Positions 51,116-63,704 of a stretch of 64,000 nucleotides of DNA are shown piece by piece (position 1 is the stretch's first letter; each line of letters opens with the position of its first letter). The DNA comes from Felis catus (Eukaryota). The notes below the pieces were generated by a model. The model was not told where the DNA came from. It saw nothing but the letters and a program-made list of their open reading frames with translations, and did no database searches. A program made the position numbers and the translations under genes. The stretch covers positions 30,814,001-30,878,000 of the forward strand of contig NC_058376.1 of NCBI RefSeq assembly GCF_018350175.1, read 5' to 3'.

Positions 51116-53301
51116 ATCCCACCACTTTTCTGATGAAACCAAACTGCTGGCTGTTCACCAGCTACTAAGCTCAAAGCCTGACATAGGAAAAGCTGTGTTA
51201 ATATGTGCTAAATGGAAGAGTGGGTGAGGGAATGACTTCTGTCCATATACGAGGTTGTAGTACAATACACTCATTAAAAACAAAGGGGGCAGGAAAATTC
51301 CTCATTTCTCAATCTCAAGTGACATCAACAGTGGCTTAGCTGTCTTTTAATATTGGGTATTTCAGTTTTAGATGAATCGAATGAACATCCCTGAGTGATT
51401 GCAAAGAAAACAAGTCAATCCTGCTTTCTGGGCTAATGATTCATTTTTGCTATTAACATTCTAAGCACTCATATGAAGATACTATACTGATCCTGTTGCC
51501 TATTTGCCGGCAGAAACAGTAGCTCCGTATCAACTAGCCAGTGCTAAAATAGTTTTTGGGAGCATGTAGTGTCCAAGGTTCAAAAGAATAATACGAAATG
51601 ACTGCATCCAACATGCAGATTTGTTCTGTCTTTGGGCAGGGGTGGGGTGGGGAACACTTAATTGATTCTGACTACCTAAAATCTAATTAGGAGCAACTTT
51701 TTTTTTCCCCCCTTCCAAGTTCTTATGCTTTATTTCTAAATTCTTCATTAAAAAAACCTCTCCATGAGAAGTTCTATTTGCCTGTTTTATGGCTTGGGAT
51801 TTTGGGGTCTCAGAGTGCAGGTACTTAATGCTTAATATGCAGGTCTCTGTTTTAGAGAAAATTTTGATCCTTACTGTCAACTTCACGGTGGAGAGATGGA
51901 GTTGTCTTCCTTCTGAATGCCAATGATTGTTGACTTTAATGCAATAAAATATGTCTATTGCAACTTACACATTTATTGTATATATCTAGATCTTATTTAG
52001 TCAATAAAATTATGTACTTCCATCCTATATTCTTAATATATGCTACTTGAAGTGATTGATTTTCTTTAAAGATTTTTTTTCTAAATATGTTTCAATTTTT
52101 TTTATGCCACTATTGACATTTTTAAATTGGGTTTGAAACTAAAGTCTTAAGTGACTAAATACGACCATATGGCCGGACAAATTGTGTCAATTCCCAATGG
52201 ATTTCATCTTTCTTTTCCTTGATTTCTCTTTCTACTTCAATAAGTAGAACTATTGGACTGCCTATGATTTGGAGACATGTGCTAATGAAATCTTAAGTGG
52301 TAATGTGTCCTGTATCAGACCATTATCAAAAAGGGAAGAAACTAGACAAGAAATTCAGGTGTTTAGAGATTTGTAAAACTACTGTTTGTTTTATATTTCT
52401 CTTCAATGGTAAAATTTTCATAGACAGGGATTTATTTTTCCCTAGCTATATGTAGAGGAGTGGAAAATGCAAATTAAGGGTGATAGGTGCAAATTAACAA
52501 CAAGGAGTAAAGGATGGGAAAACTGAACCTGAACACTAGAGAAATAAAGAAACATAAAAGTTAAGTAAAGAAAAAACGGGTAAATCTGTGAAACACTGAG
52601 GAGAAGATAATTGAAGTGGCCTTAGCAAATTATGTATGACAGTTTACAATAATTAATAATAATGGTGATTTTTGTTTAAGAAAAAAATCAGATTGACAGC
52701 TTTTATATTTAAGAAAAATTAAATCGGGTTGATAGCTTTCCATACACGAGGTGAAAACATATGTGGAAGTATTGAGTCTTTGTGAAATGATAGCCTAAGT
52801 GGGAAAATTTAAATAACACCATGTGCGAGAGCACAACTTTTTGTGTGTATTCACTGTAGCATTCTTTTTTGTTTTTTGTCTTATTTCCAGTTAGTTAGTG
52901 CTAGCATTCTTGATGGAACATTAATATTAGTTTCCTTTTTGATAGTTTCCATCAGTTTCAACTTTTAGTTTTCTCACGCAGCTATTGGGGTAGATTAAAG
53001 TAATCGTTTTTATATCTTTCTGTATTTCTGTGGAATGTGCTGTTCGGATTTTTTGTGATAGGATTTTCCATACCTCAGGAATTCACTGAAGAATCAATTT
53101 CATTCCCAAAAGATTATATGATCTTATATACAAACCATAGCTACTTCTGTGTTCCAAAATATTTTATTTTATTCAATTGCATTGGGTTAATAAGGTCTTA
53201 TCAAGATATAGTTGAGATAGAGTTTTTTTTTGATAATGTTCTTAAGACATGCACAGCATTGATTTCTTTTTACCATTGTTCCTTTTTTTTTTTTTCCTAA
53301 G

Positions 53302-53440
53302 AACGACCCACATTTCTCAGGAGGCCAATTAACCAGGTGGTGCTGGAGGAAGAAGCTGTAGAATTTCGTTGTCAGGTCCAGGGAGATCCTCAACCAACTG
53401 TGCGGTGGAAAAAGGATGATGCAGACTTGCCAAGAGGAAG
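53302..53440 (+). CDS. ROBO2: ROBO2 exon 5, N-terminal part of Ig domain 3
   Basis: (E)[45 protein letters not shown](R). Acceptor is a long poly-T tract plus cctaag|, donor GAAG|gtaaga; 139 bp. G|AA joins exon 4 in frame. Missed by the ORF track. Confidence 0.97.
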
Positions 53441-54939
53441 GTAAGAACATCATACAGATGGAAAATCATTAGATAACCACTGAATAATTAGGAGGAAAAA
53501 AAATTCCTGATTTCACCATCAGACATGCATATCTTGGTGTATTATTTCCAGACATCTGATTTTTACATATGCAAGCCACGTATCTGCTGTTTAATATACT
53601 GAAGTCCTACAAGCTTTTAATTGCTCTTTCACTGAATTTTCATGTAAATGCCTGATTCTCCACTTCATCTACTGCCCCCAAATATCAAAGTTTCCGGAGG
53701 TGGCCCCTCCTAGGTCTGCTATTCTGCTCCTAGTGAACTCTTGACTATTTATCCTATTCCTCCAACTGCTGTTCTGTTGGCATGATGCTTCAGCCCACAC
53801 TGGATGCTGTCTGCCTTCCTAGTGATGTCCAGAGCATCACTCACCAAAGGCCGCTGAGTCTAGCTGACTTCAAGGTCTGGAGTAAAGGAGAGGTTTTGTG
53901 CAACACAACACTGAAAATGCAGCAAGTCCTGGATATCACTATCTGCAGAGGGAATTTCTCACTTAGGGACTGCCTGTCACTTTCTCACTTTCCATGTCTT
54001 CATGGAGACCTGTTTTTCCATCTAATCTTCCTATCACCAAACTCCTTAACCTAGTCACTCAACTTCCATGGGTAAGTCCAAACATGCTTGTTATCCTTTT
54101 ATAAAAATACACTTAACATTTTTGCTGTCTAGATTTTTCTGAGACCTTGCCCTTTGTGACCAAATAAATCATTCAAGTATTTTTTTTTTTTGTTTCCCCA
54201 TATAATGAGCAAGTTTAGCTTTAAGATTAGTTTTGCCTTACTCCTAGTGTTACCTTCTGAAACTATGGCCATCAGCCATCAAACCGACTACAATCATCTG
54301 AATAAGATTTGACATCCTGCCTTTTTTGTAATTTTTTCCTAAAAGAAAAAAGAGAGAAATTTGGTTTCATTCAACTGACTGAAATTAAACTTGCTTACAC
54401 AGACATCGGTTGCCTTTTACCTGCTTTCACCAGCAACCACTGTGGATACTTTCCTGAATTTATGCATTTATTTCAAAATCTTGATTTATTTATCATTATT
54501 TCTCTGATACTGTATTTTCTGAAGTCATGTGATCAACAGCACTGGTCTCAAATGGACCAAACATTTTTAACACTCAATGAGACATTCTTTGCAATCTATA
54601 GAAATAAAAGAAGTAAATATTTTAATTTGGTTAACCTTTTAGCCTGTATCGTAGGGAAAGTTACCTCTATGTCACTTTGCTGTTAGACATCTAGTTTTAA
54701 AGGAGTGTTGTTACAGGAGTTTGTGAATGTGAAGTTCCTCAAGTCTTCTCAGTGGGGAAGTAGGTTAAAATGCAAGAAAAGTTGATGGAGCTGAGAGCAG
54801 TTAATGTGTAATTTTTAAATGTTGATGTAAGATTGAGAGATGAATTATATAGTATAATTTAGCCTAGTGTACACAAAGGTTAATTTTCAGTTACTGGGAG
54901 TAAATATACTCATCCATTAAAAACAAACAAACTAACAAA

Positions 54940-55385
54940 AACTTTTTTTGGAATATTTTCAGGTTTATAGAAAAGTTACAAAAATAATATGGAGAATTCC
55001 CATATACTTGACATTCAGTTTTCCCTATTATTAACATTGTACATTACTAGGAAACATTTGTTACTCTGAACGAACAAATGGTAATACATAATGATTATAG
55101 TTTATGCATTGTTTTGATTTCACCAGTTTTCTCATTAATGTCTTCATTCTGCTCCAGTCTCCAATCGAGGGTATTTATTTAGTTGGATATTATAGAATAT
55201 TGCATTTGCTTGTCATATTTCCCCAGTCTTTCATTGTTTTTATGACCTTGACAGCCTGAAGGGGTACTGGCAGGTACCCCAAACTAGGATTTGTTTCATG
55301 TTTTCTCATGGTTAGACTGGATTTGTGGGGTGTTAGGAAGAAAGCCACAGAGAATGCCATTTTTTTGGTCACAAGACGTCAGAGG
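54940..55385 (-). mobile_element. L1 (L1MC-like) 3' end
   Basis: ttttcaggtttatagaaaagttacaaaaataatatggagaattcccatatac...cagttttccctattattaacattgtacattacta. Confidence 0.75.
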
Positions 55386-56254
55386 TTAATGATGTCTATA
55401 TAACATCCCTCATGATTCTGCCATTTTTAATCATTAAACAAGATCCAGTTCAAAAAAGTTTCAAAAATAGAAAGTAGTAAGGGTGTGTTGCATTTTAATG
55501 GTTCTATGTCTTTGAATTGAGGTAAAATAAAACTTAATCGAGCCCAGTTTAATTTGTTCCCAAATTTCTCTAGGTGTTAGGTCATAAGCCTGACACCTTT
55601 AGTTGCTATAATATTCTCCAATCTTACCAAATTCATTTGCTTCAAAGTTCAAATAATACACAAAAAGCAAACAATACCATTAATACTACATGTTTAGAAT
55701 GGATGATATAAAGACCTCTAAAGGTGAGGTTGAGATTTTGAGAAATCTTACTTCCATTAACTTTCCTTAAAACATTTTCATAGGTTTCTGGCCTCTTTAT
55801 TCTTCTATTACTGGCATGATACTACTACAGTGCTTTGTACGACCAGCTTAATATTTTTAAAGTATTAAGCAAATGGAAATGCTGTATAAGCTTTCAATTG
55901 TACATTAGAAAGGCTTAAAGTAAGGATCAGCGCAATATAGAAATTGAGGTCAATATTTTTATCATGATAGAAACGAGGTACTATTTCATGAGTTCTCAAT
56001 CTTTAAATGGTATTTCAAAGAAGCTTATTCATTCTTAGATTTGTAGGCATTAGCATAAGCTTCACTTGTGCATAATAAGGGGGAAATAGACCTCTTTACT
56101 TGGTGAGGAATAACAGTAATGACTTTTAACCAACCATAGCCTAAATCAACAACATTGATTCTATTACATTATTTAAGTCTCAGACTAGGGAGATGGCCAT
56201 TGTTCTTGTGTAAGCAATTGTGTGAAGTGGTGTGGAGGATGACATTTCTTTGGC

Positions 56255-56418
56255 NNNNNNNNNNNNNNNNNNNNNNNNNNNNNNNNNNNNNNNNNNNNNN
56301 NNNNNNNNNNNNNNNNNNNNNNNNNNNNNNNNNNNNNNNNNNNNNNNNNNNNNNNNNNNNNNNNNNNNNNNNNNNNNNNNNNNNNNNNNNNNNNNNNNNN
56401 NNNNNNNNNNNNNNNNNN
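56255..56418. other. Assembly gap (164 N)
   Basis: N run. Confidence 0.99.
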
Positions 56419-56801
56419 TTATGAAATGCTGTGATAGCTATTTAAACCTTCCGCACAGAAGAAGATATCTGTGCCAAACTTGCAGTAACCAGAGATGAAT
56501 TAGGGGAGTATTTTTGTTTCCTTTACTTTGAAAATTTATTTTTAGTAGACTTATATACCTCTTTCTTTGATTTAGCCTTGAAATTCCTGACCTTTCTCAG
56601 TACTTATCTTTAATAAAATTAAAATGTACCCTTGGTGAGTTGGTATTTTTTTGATTTGATGAGTATTTTGGTGAGGTGGGAAAAGTAGCATTTCTTAAGG
56701 CTAGCAATACTTTCACATACCAATATGGAAATGAAGTGGGTAGAGGGAACAAAACAGGAGATGAGGGGAAAGACATTTTTTTTTGTTATTTATAATGATT
56801 G

Positions 56802-56837
56802 TTTATTTATTTTAAACTTTATTTATTTTCTTTTATT

Positions 56838-56880
<43 letters not shown>

Positions 56881-57050
56881 AAGAAGGGGAAGGGCAGAGA
56901 GAGAGAGGAGTGAGAGAAAATCCCAAGCAGGCTCGCAGGCTCTGTGTTCTGCTCTGAGCCTGATTCAGGACTTGGTCTCATAACCCTGAGATCATGACCT
57001 GAGCCACAATCAACAGTTGGACACTTAACCGACTGAGCTACCCAGGTACT
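56802..57050 (-). mobile_element. CanSINE with expanded (GA)n
   Basis: (ga)n at 56841-56878; ...cttaaccgactgagctacccaggtac. Confidence 0.92.
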
Positions 57051-57943
57051 GGTATAATTATTTTTTTTTTAAATACAGGTTTTGTTAAAGCATAATTTAA
57101 ATTGTAAAAGTTACACTTTCAGATTTACCTACATTTATTAAGTGCCTCCGATATTTTTAATGCTCATTAGTCTGTAAAAAAATATATATTTAAGCAAAAT
57201 ATAATTATTGTTTATTTTTTTTTATTTTATGTTAACCAGATGGGTGATATAGAAAAGTATTTACATACATTAAAGAAACTCAGGCCTAAAGTAATCCTAG
57301 TTTCTTCCTTGGGTAGTATATCTTTTTTTTTCACAGGCAAACCTAGACCTTTTTGCTAATTAATACTCTCTTGATGACCAGGTGCCTTCACTACATCTTT
57401 CCATAAAGTGTTTCATGTGATAAAAGTTGCCAGTATTTTAATTCTGTGATTATGTTTCATCTGTACTATGCTCCATCTTATCGTAGGGATGTTATATATT
57501 TTTGTTATACCAAAATCAAAAATAAATATAATATGCATTATATGCTGAAGCTTTATGAAAATACTGTGTTCTAATGTAAAAAGAAAGAGCAAATAATAAA
57601 TTTACAATGAAGTAAATAAAAAAATTAAATTAAAATACACCAACACGACAATACTCGGTTCAATCTAATATTAGCGAGAAGAATAAAAATATCCCTTCTC
57701 AGAAATTAGTTAAAAAGTAGTGTGATTAATCTGATTGTAATTTCTTATCTGGTCTTGTCAGTATAGATTGTGTTTCAGTTAATTATTACCAGTCTTTTAA
57801 AGAATTGTAAATATGAGATTTAGCATCCTTTACCATTCATATAAATTTTAGTTATATCACTATATGGTTAGCTCCATGATTTTTTAATTTCATTTTTATT
57901 TATTTTCTGAACCAACTTTAAAGTGACACTAACTTTCTTAATA

Positions 57944-58075
57944 NNNNNNNNNNNNNNNNNNNNNNNNNNNNNNNNNNNNNNNNNNNNNNNNNNNNNNNNN
58001 NNNNNNNNNNNNNNNNNNNNNNNNNNNNNNNNNNNNNNNNNNNNNNNNNNNNNNNNNNNNNNNNNNNNNNNNNNN
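57944..58075. other. Assembly gap (132 N)
   Basis: N run. Confidence 0.99.
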
Positions 58076-59579
58076 ATTCATGAATATTTCATAAAAATAG
58101 ATAAAGGACTAGAGAATAAGAGTTGCAAGATATATGGTGGAAAATTCTATCAATTTTCTTGAAGCCACTGACAAATTCCTTTCTCTGAAGTGCAAGTCTA
58201 TTTTAAGAGAGACTTTTTAGAGTTCTTAGTTCCATGAAATGCGAGATTCACATAAATACATGAATCCTTAAGAAAAGAAACTGAATAGAACCACTTATAA
58301 TTCTTTTTTTTGTGTGTGTGGCATTTTTTACACTAAGTGGCTCTTTTCACTTAGCCCTGGAAAATGTTCTTATATTAATTGTTTTGAAGCTCCATTGTTT
58401 AGAGAATGTGCTTCTGGGATGCGGAGATGCTGAACAGGTGCTCCGCCACCCTGCTGAGGAGATGGGCCTTCTTCACATACAGCGTTTGCTTCAAGGACAT
58501 GTGGTAATTTGGGCTGCTGATAAATAACCATGCTGATTGGTAGGCTGATCAAGATTGGTCAATTAAAAAAAAAATTAAGAACAGAAAGAACTAAGAGGAG
58601 GAGAAAAGCAATGTATATAAACATTGTATTTGACATCTGAAAAGTGAATTGGTCCCTAAGGCTCAGAAATATAAAGAAATGTGTTAATGAATACTCTGTA
58701 ATTTTTCAGCTGTATAGATGCCTTAGCCATTTCTGTCTAGAAAAAAAATAGAACTACATGCACAATTACTGTGAGATCTTTTAATATAGCTATGAATAAC
58801 ATGAAGAATACTGAGGCCATCTTCAGAGATTAAACTTTAGGCTTGTTCTGACACTGTTCAATCATTTAATCAGTTTAGTTATACTCCCATGTTCTGGAAA
58901 TGGTGTTTGACATATTTCTCTACCACTAACTAGGAGTGTGACCTTGAAGAAGATTTTTCAACTCTTTGTGTTTTACATTCTGAAGAAATGGACCAGAAAT
59001 GCAAGGGGACTAATAACTAACCTACACTTTGACTCATTTGTACAGGGTGAATAATTATGCCATCCATTCTAACTCAAAGGGTTATTAAAATCATATAACT
59101 CATTCAAAGAACTGTAAACACTATACACTGGATACACATAACAAGTGCTCCAGTTTTATAAATTCTGCTGGTTGGTGGCATTTATTAGCTACCTAGAAAA
59201 CTACAAGGAAAATATATTAAAGGTGAAAAATATAAAGTATATAATTTCTATGGATACTCAATTTCTTTGGCCTATCAATTTCTATAGAAACATAAAATCT
59301 TACTAATTTAATAGATGCCACTTTTGCTTTTAAATCATATAGATTTCTTTATAAATTTTTCCAGCCAGTTTGCCAAACCTGAAAGTTACCTCTGATTTTT
59401 CTCCCTCTCAAAGTTTGTATACGGTCAACATATTTTATTGTAGGCCCAGTGTAATAAGACATCTGGGTTGGGACTTTCAAATTTCACACAGTATATCATA
59501 TCAGTTGTGTACTGATAATAAAAAAAAAATCACTTGTGTAAGAAGATTATGTAACAATAAAAGCATGTAGTTTTGAAAG

Positions 59580-59760
59580 ACTTGTTATTTGCCATGCACT
59601 TTTGCTTTCCATATGTTAATTACACTAGTTTAAATAGTGTTCTAAAATATTATGATTCCTCATTTGAGAGCTATGGAAACAGAAGTTTAAGTAACTTGCT
59701 TCCAAAGCCACACATTAATACGTGTTAGAGCTAGGACTTGATTTAAAATCTTTCCAGCAT
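59580..59760 (-). mobile_element. MIR
   Basis: attcctcatttgagagctatggaaacagaagtttaagtaacttgcttccaaagccacac...agagctaggacttga. Confidence 0.65.
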
Positions 59761-60660
59761 AAAACATATATTTTAAACTAATGGGCTTTGTAATTATGTG
59801 ATTATTAATTGTTTATGGACTTGAGCCACTGACTAATTTTATATTTGATAAAATTTTAGATAATCAGTTAGAAACGCTGTATCATGAATAACTTTATAGG
59901 AATGTTAAGTGTAATTTTTAGACCAACTTCATAAGCACACCTAGTGTCTTCATGTTTTGGAAATCTATATTTGGACCATGTCAAAGTTACCTTCTTGGAA
60001 GCTGAAGATATAGGTTTTTGTTTACAAACAGAATTAATTAGCAACTTTCAGAGGGATGCCAAAATGGTACTTTCTCTGTGTTTTCATCAAATAGGTGCTA
60101 ATAGTTGCTGTTAACACAAAACTAATTGCCACCTAGGTTGAAGAGTGCAAGTTACCTCATCCTGTGACCACATTGGCCCATCTGTTGAGAATCTCAGCTC
60201 AGGGACAATGCAGGAACTGGCATCCAATTTGGGTTCTGGCCAGTGGTCAACTAACAAGCTGGGACACACTTGGAATATGAAATGCCTCGAAGTCAAAGAT
60301 GCCCATTAACTGGCAGCTCTTGTGTTGTGTCAAGGCAGAGCCAAGACCAGGTGCAGTTTGCAAAAGGATCTGTCTGAGTGCCACCTGTCATTGGCATGTG
60401 GGTGTTGTCCAACATAGAAGCTAGGGCAGGTTTGTTTCTTCCATCATAGCGTAGGATGTCAGAGAATTCCCTAGGCAGAGATCAGGATTAGGGCAGCATT
60501 TTACTTAGTCCAAATTGTAGGACAAGCCAAAGGGTTACCAAGAGACAGTCATTGTATCAAGACTCAGGTGGATATATTGGGTATTTACCATTGGAGACAC
60601 ACTTTCTAGTACCCTAGTATCTTACCTCAACTATACACATAATATAAAAAGGAGAAAGTT

Positions 60661-60813
60661 GGAGAGCCTGATGGCTCAATCAGTTGAGCATCTGACTCTT
60701 GGTTTCAGCTCAGGTCATGATCTCACAGTTCATGAAAGCAAACCCCACATTGGGGTCAACGTCGGCAGCATGGAGCCTGTTTGGGATTCTCTCTCTCTTA
60801 AAATAAATTTTAA
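60661..60813 (+). mobile_element. CanSINE (first of a tandem pair)
   Basis: gcctgatggctcaatcagttgagcatctgactcttggtttcagctcaggtcatgatctc. Confidence 0.9.
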
Positions 60814-60821
60814 AAAAAGGA

Positions 60822-61045
60822 GGGGTGCCTGAGTGGCTCAGTTGCTTGAGCATTCTACTCTTGGTTTTGACTCAGGTCATGATCTCATGGTCTGTGAGTT
60901 TGAGCCCCACATTGGTCTCCGTGCTGACATCACAGAGCCTTCTTGGGATTCTCGCTCTCCTTCTCTCTCTGCCCCTCCCCAGCTCTCTCTCTCTCTCTCT
61001 CTCAGAAGAAATAAATAAATAAACTTAAAAAATTAAAAAAATTAA
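60822..61045 (+). mobile_element. CanSINE (second of a tandem pair)
   Basis: ggggtgcctgagtggctcag head, (CT)n, aataaataaataaac tail. Confidence 0.93.
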
Positions 61046-61234
61046 AAAGAAAGTTATTTAATTGACTATTTTAACACAAATCCTTGCCTTCATATGACAA
61101 CTTGTTGTTAGAATCACTTAGATGGTTTTTAATCACCCAGGGGGTTTTCTTAAGATATGCTTCTGATTGATTTTTTGCTGTTGCTGTTCTTAATAAGTTG
61201 TAATTGCAATGTGGGCTTACAAGGTAAAGTTGAA

Positions 61235-61400
61235 TTTAGGAGACTAACAATCTTATCCCAGCTCTGCAAAAATGCATCATGCTGTTTTAAATCATTTACA
61301 TAATATGTTGAGTACTAGGGTCTACACCTGCAAAATGTGCAAGTTGGATTGGATGGTTTCTGTGGTGCCTTTAAATTCTGAAATGGCATCATTCTGTGAA
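61235..61400 (+). mobile_element. MIR3-like fragment
   Basis: cccagctctgc...cacctgcaaaatg...gttggattggatggtttctgtggtgcctttaaattctgaaat. Confidence 0.55.
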
Positions 61401-61704
61401 TGGCAACAACTCAGAACACTTTAAAAAGTATAACACATTTTTATAGGAGGGAAAAAAAAGCAAATTTGACATGGATGGGCCTAATGAAGAAAAGTAAAGT
61501 TACTCATATAACCATTTATAACTGATAACTACTTTTTTTATGTTTTGCATATATGCTATCAGATTTTTATGTATATATGGACATTTTTTAAAAATTTAAA
61601 ATTGCCTTTGACCCTGAATGCCTATTTAGGTTTTTATAGGAAAAGGCTAATATTGATTCAAAAGAGTTGTTTTTATTGCATTTTCCTTTCCTGTAAATAT
61701 AATG

Positions 61705-61925
61705 TTAATAACTATATTTACATCATACTTACTGTATATCATACCTATTCTAGGCGTTTTACATGAAAACATTCATCCTTATGGCAACCGTATGATATAA
61801 ATACTATTATTATTCCCATATAACAAATAAAAACATGAGACGCAAAGAGGGTAAGTAAGGTGAAGTCAATCATCTAGTAAAGTATCTTGGATGACTGGCT
61901 TCAAGGTCCACAATCTTGACCATTA
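61705..61925 (-). mobile_element. MIR
   Basis: tcatccttatggcaaccgtatga...actattattattcccatataacaaataaaaacatgagacgcaaagagggtaagtaa. Confidence 0.7.
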
Positions 61926-62531
61926 ACTAGAAGTGCTAAGTGGGAACAATTTTTTTTTCCATTCTCCATTTGGGATTATACATTAGAAAAAAAAACAGCT
62001 TAGTAAATGCTTGCCTATTAGATGTTCACAAAATACATCTGTGTAATAAAGTACATATTAATGCTTTTATAACTTTTATCATAATGGCACTTATCAGTAC
62101 TATATAATCCATTATATTGTATCAAATAAATAAGTTTGCATCATTTAAAAAAATATCATTATTTCCTATAGCCCACTGAAACAAAGTTTAAAGCAATTCT
62201 GTCTTTATCATCACAGAATATTTTATTTTAATATAGTCTTGTATTCTTCTTACCACTGTATCTGGAAATAAAAATGAAGTCACTGGTAATACAAATGAAG
62301 CTAAAGAAATGCTTGCTGAGAGAATTAAATAGTATAGGTATATAAATCTAGAACAATGAACTTTTCTAGAGCATGATAATGTAATTCTTCTTTTCATCTG
62401 CATTGTCTCATGGCACTTAGGCAATAGTTAATTTTACTAAAAGAGCATTATTTTATATTTTCTTGATAATATTTGCTTATTAACAGTTCCATAGGCAGTT
62501 ATGTGTTGGCTGACATTTCTGATTTCTGAAG

Positions 62532-62784
62532 TTTTTTTAATGTTTATTTATTTATTTGTTTATTTTTGAGAGGGAGAGAGAGAGAGAGAGAGAGTGAGAG
62601 AGAGAGAGAGAGAATGCATATGTGGGGGGCGGGAAGGGGCATAGAAAAAGAGAGGGGAGAATCCCAAGCAGGTTCCACGATGTCAGCACAGAGCCAATGC
62701 AGGGCTCAATCTCACAAATTGTGAGATCATAACCTGAGCCAAAATCAAGAGTCAGCTTAACCGACTGAGCCACCCACGCGTCCC
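62532..62784 (-). mobile_element. CanSINE
   Basis: Poly-T, (GA)n, ...ttaaccgactgagccacccacgcgtccc. Confidence 0.93.
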
Positions 62785-63704
62785 TGACAGGAATGAGTCT
62801 TTCTAGACTCTATATTTCCTCAAGTGTAGAGCTATCATCATCATCATTATGGTTATTCAAATCAATTATTCAAATCAACTGGTATGAATTGAAAGAGAAA
62901 GAGGAAAAAAAAGAATAACTTGAGACCTAGTATTACAATAACATGATGAATGAGGGGTATGTCTTCCTTAGTGTGTGAAGGAGATACAGTTGTCCAAAAA
63001 AAAGATACAAAAACCAAATGCTTTCAAAGCATTGTAAGAACATACCCTATTCCACAGAATAGAATCAATTATTGAAGAAATCTACTTTAGTTGGTGCATA
63101 GCATCAACTCATTGGAGCTTCATTCTCAAAGGACCTATTTAGGCGTGGGGGCTGCTATTGGGGCACAGTGAACCTTTGCCAAGAAATTAAAGTACTAGAA
63201 GTCTCTTCTGAGAAGTGATTTGTCATATAAATCTATAGGATAGACCTGTGACAAGATCTCAGTGCAGAAATTTTGCTGATCATTCTTAAGATTATTGTGA
63301 CTGTTACAATTATATGACCTACCGTAATACCTTTCAACTAATTTCATCAAATGTATGAGTGTGTGGTGCCTTTATTAAGAATACCTGGTTAACTATCACA
63401 GCCATTCATACAACTGGCACTTTCTGTAAAATATATGTTTGATGGAAGCTATTAATACTTCATCCATCAACCCACATTTTCTAAAAGTTGTGTTCAACAT
63501 TTATACCACAAATAATAGAAGCAAAAAAGTCAATCAGGACTCTTAACCCTTATTTGAAGAATTTTATAAAGAGAGAGAAAGAAAATATTTTTAACCTTAC
63601 TATGAACACAATTTATAGCAAGATGGCAATTCTCTCAAAGGAATAACAAATATCTCTAATGTGAACTAATAAAATGTTACATGTCAAAAATTCAAAAAGA
63701 ATCA

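Larger units (their letters stand above)
40864..53301 (+). other. ROBO2: ROBO2 intron 4 (~12.4 kb, GT-AG)
   Basis: gtaaag...cctaag between two phase-compatible exons. Confidence 0.92.

Noticed and set aside
37761-53440. Assignment to ROBO1, ROBO3 or a processed pseudogene
   Set aside because: Residues such as [28 protein letters not shown] and [14 protein letters not shown] match ROBO2 as I recall it; introns and intact frames exclude a retrocopy
62833-62848. TCAT x4 (NOVA YCAY-like cluster), given the NOVA-regulated ROBO1/2 microexon
   Set aside because: Simple (ATC)n repeat; the microexon lies downstream of exon 6, which is outside this window
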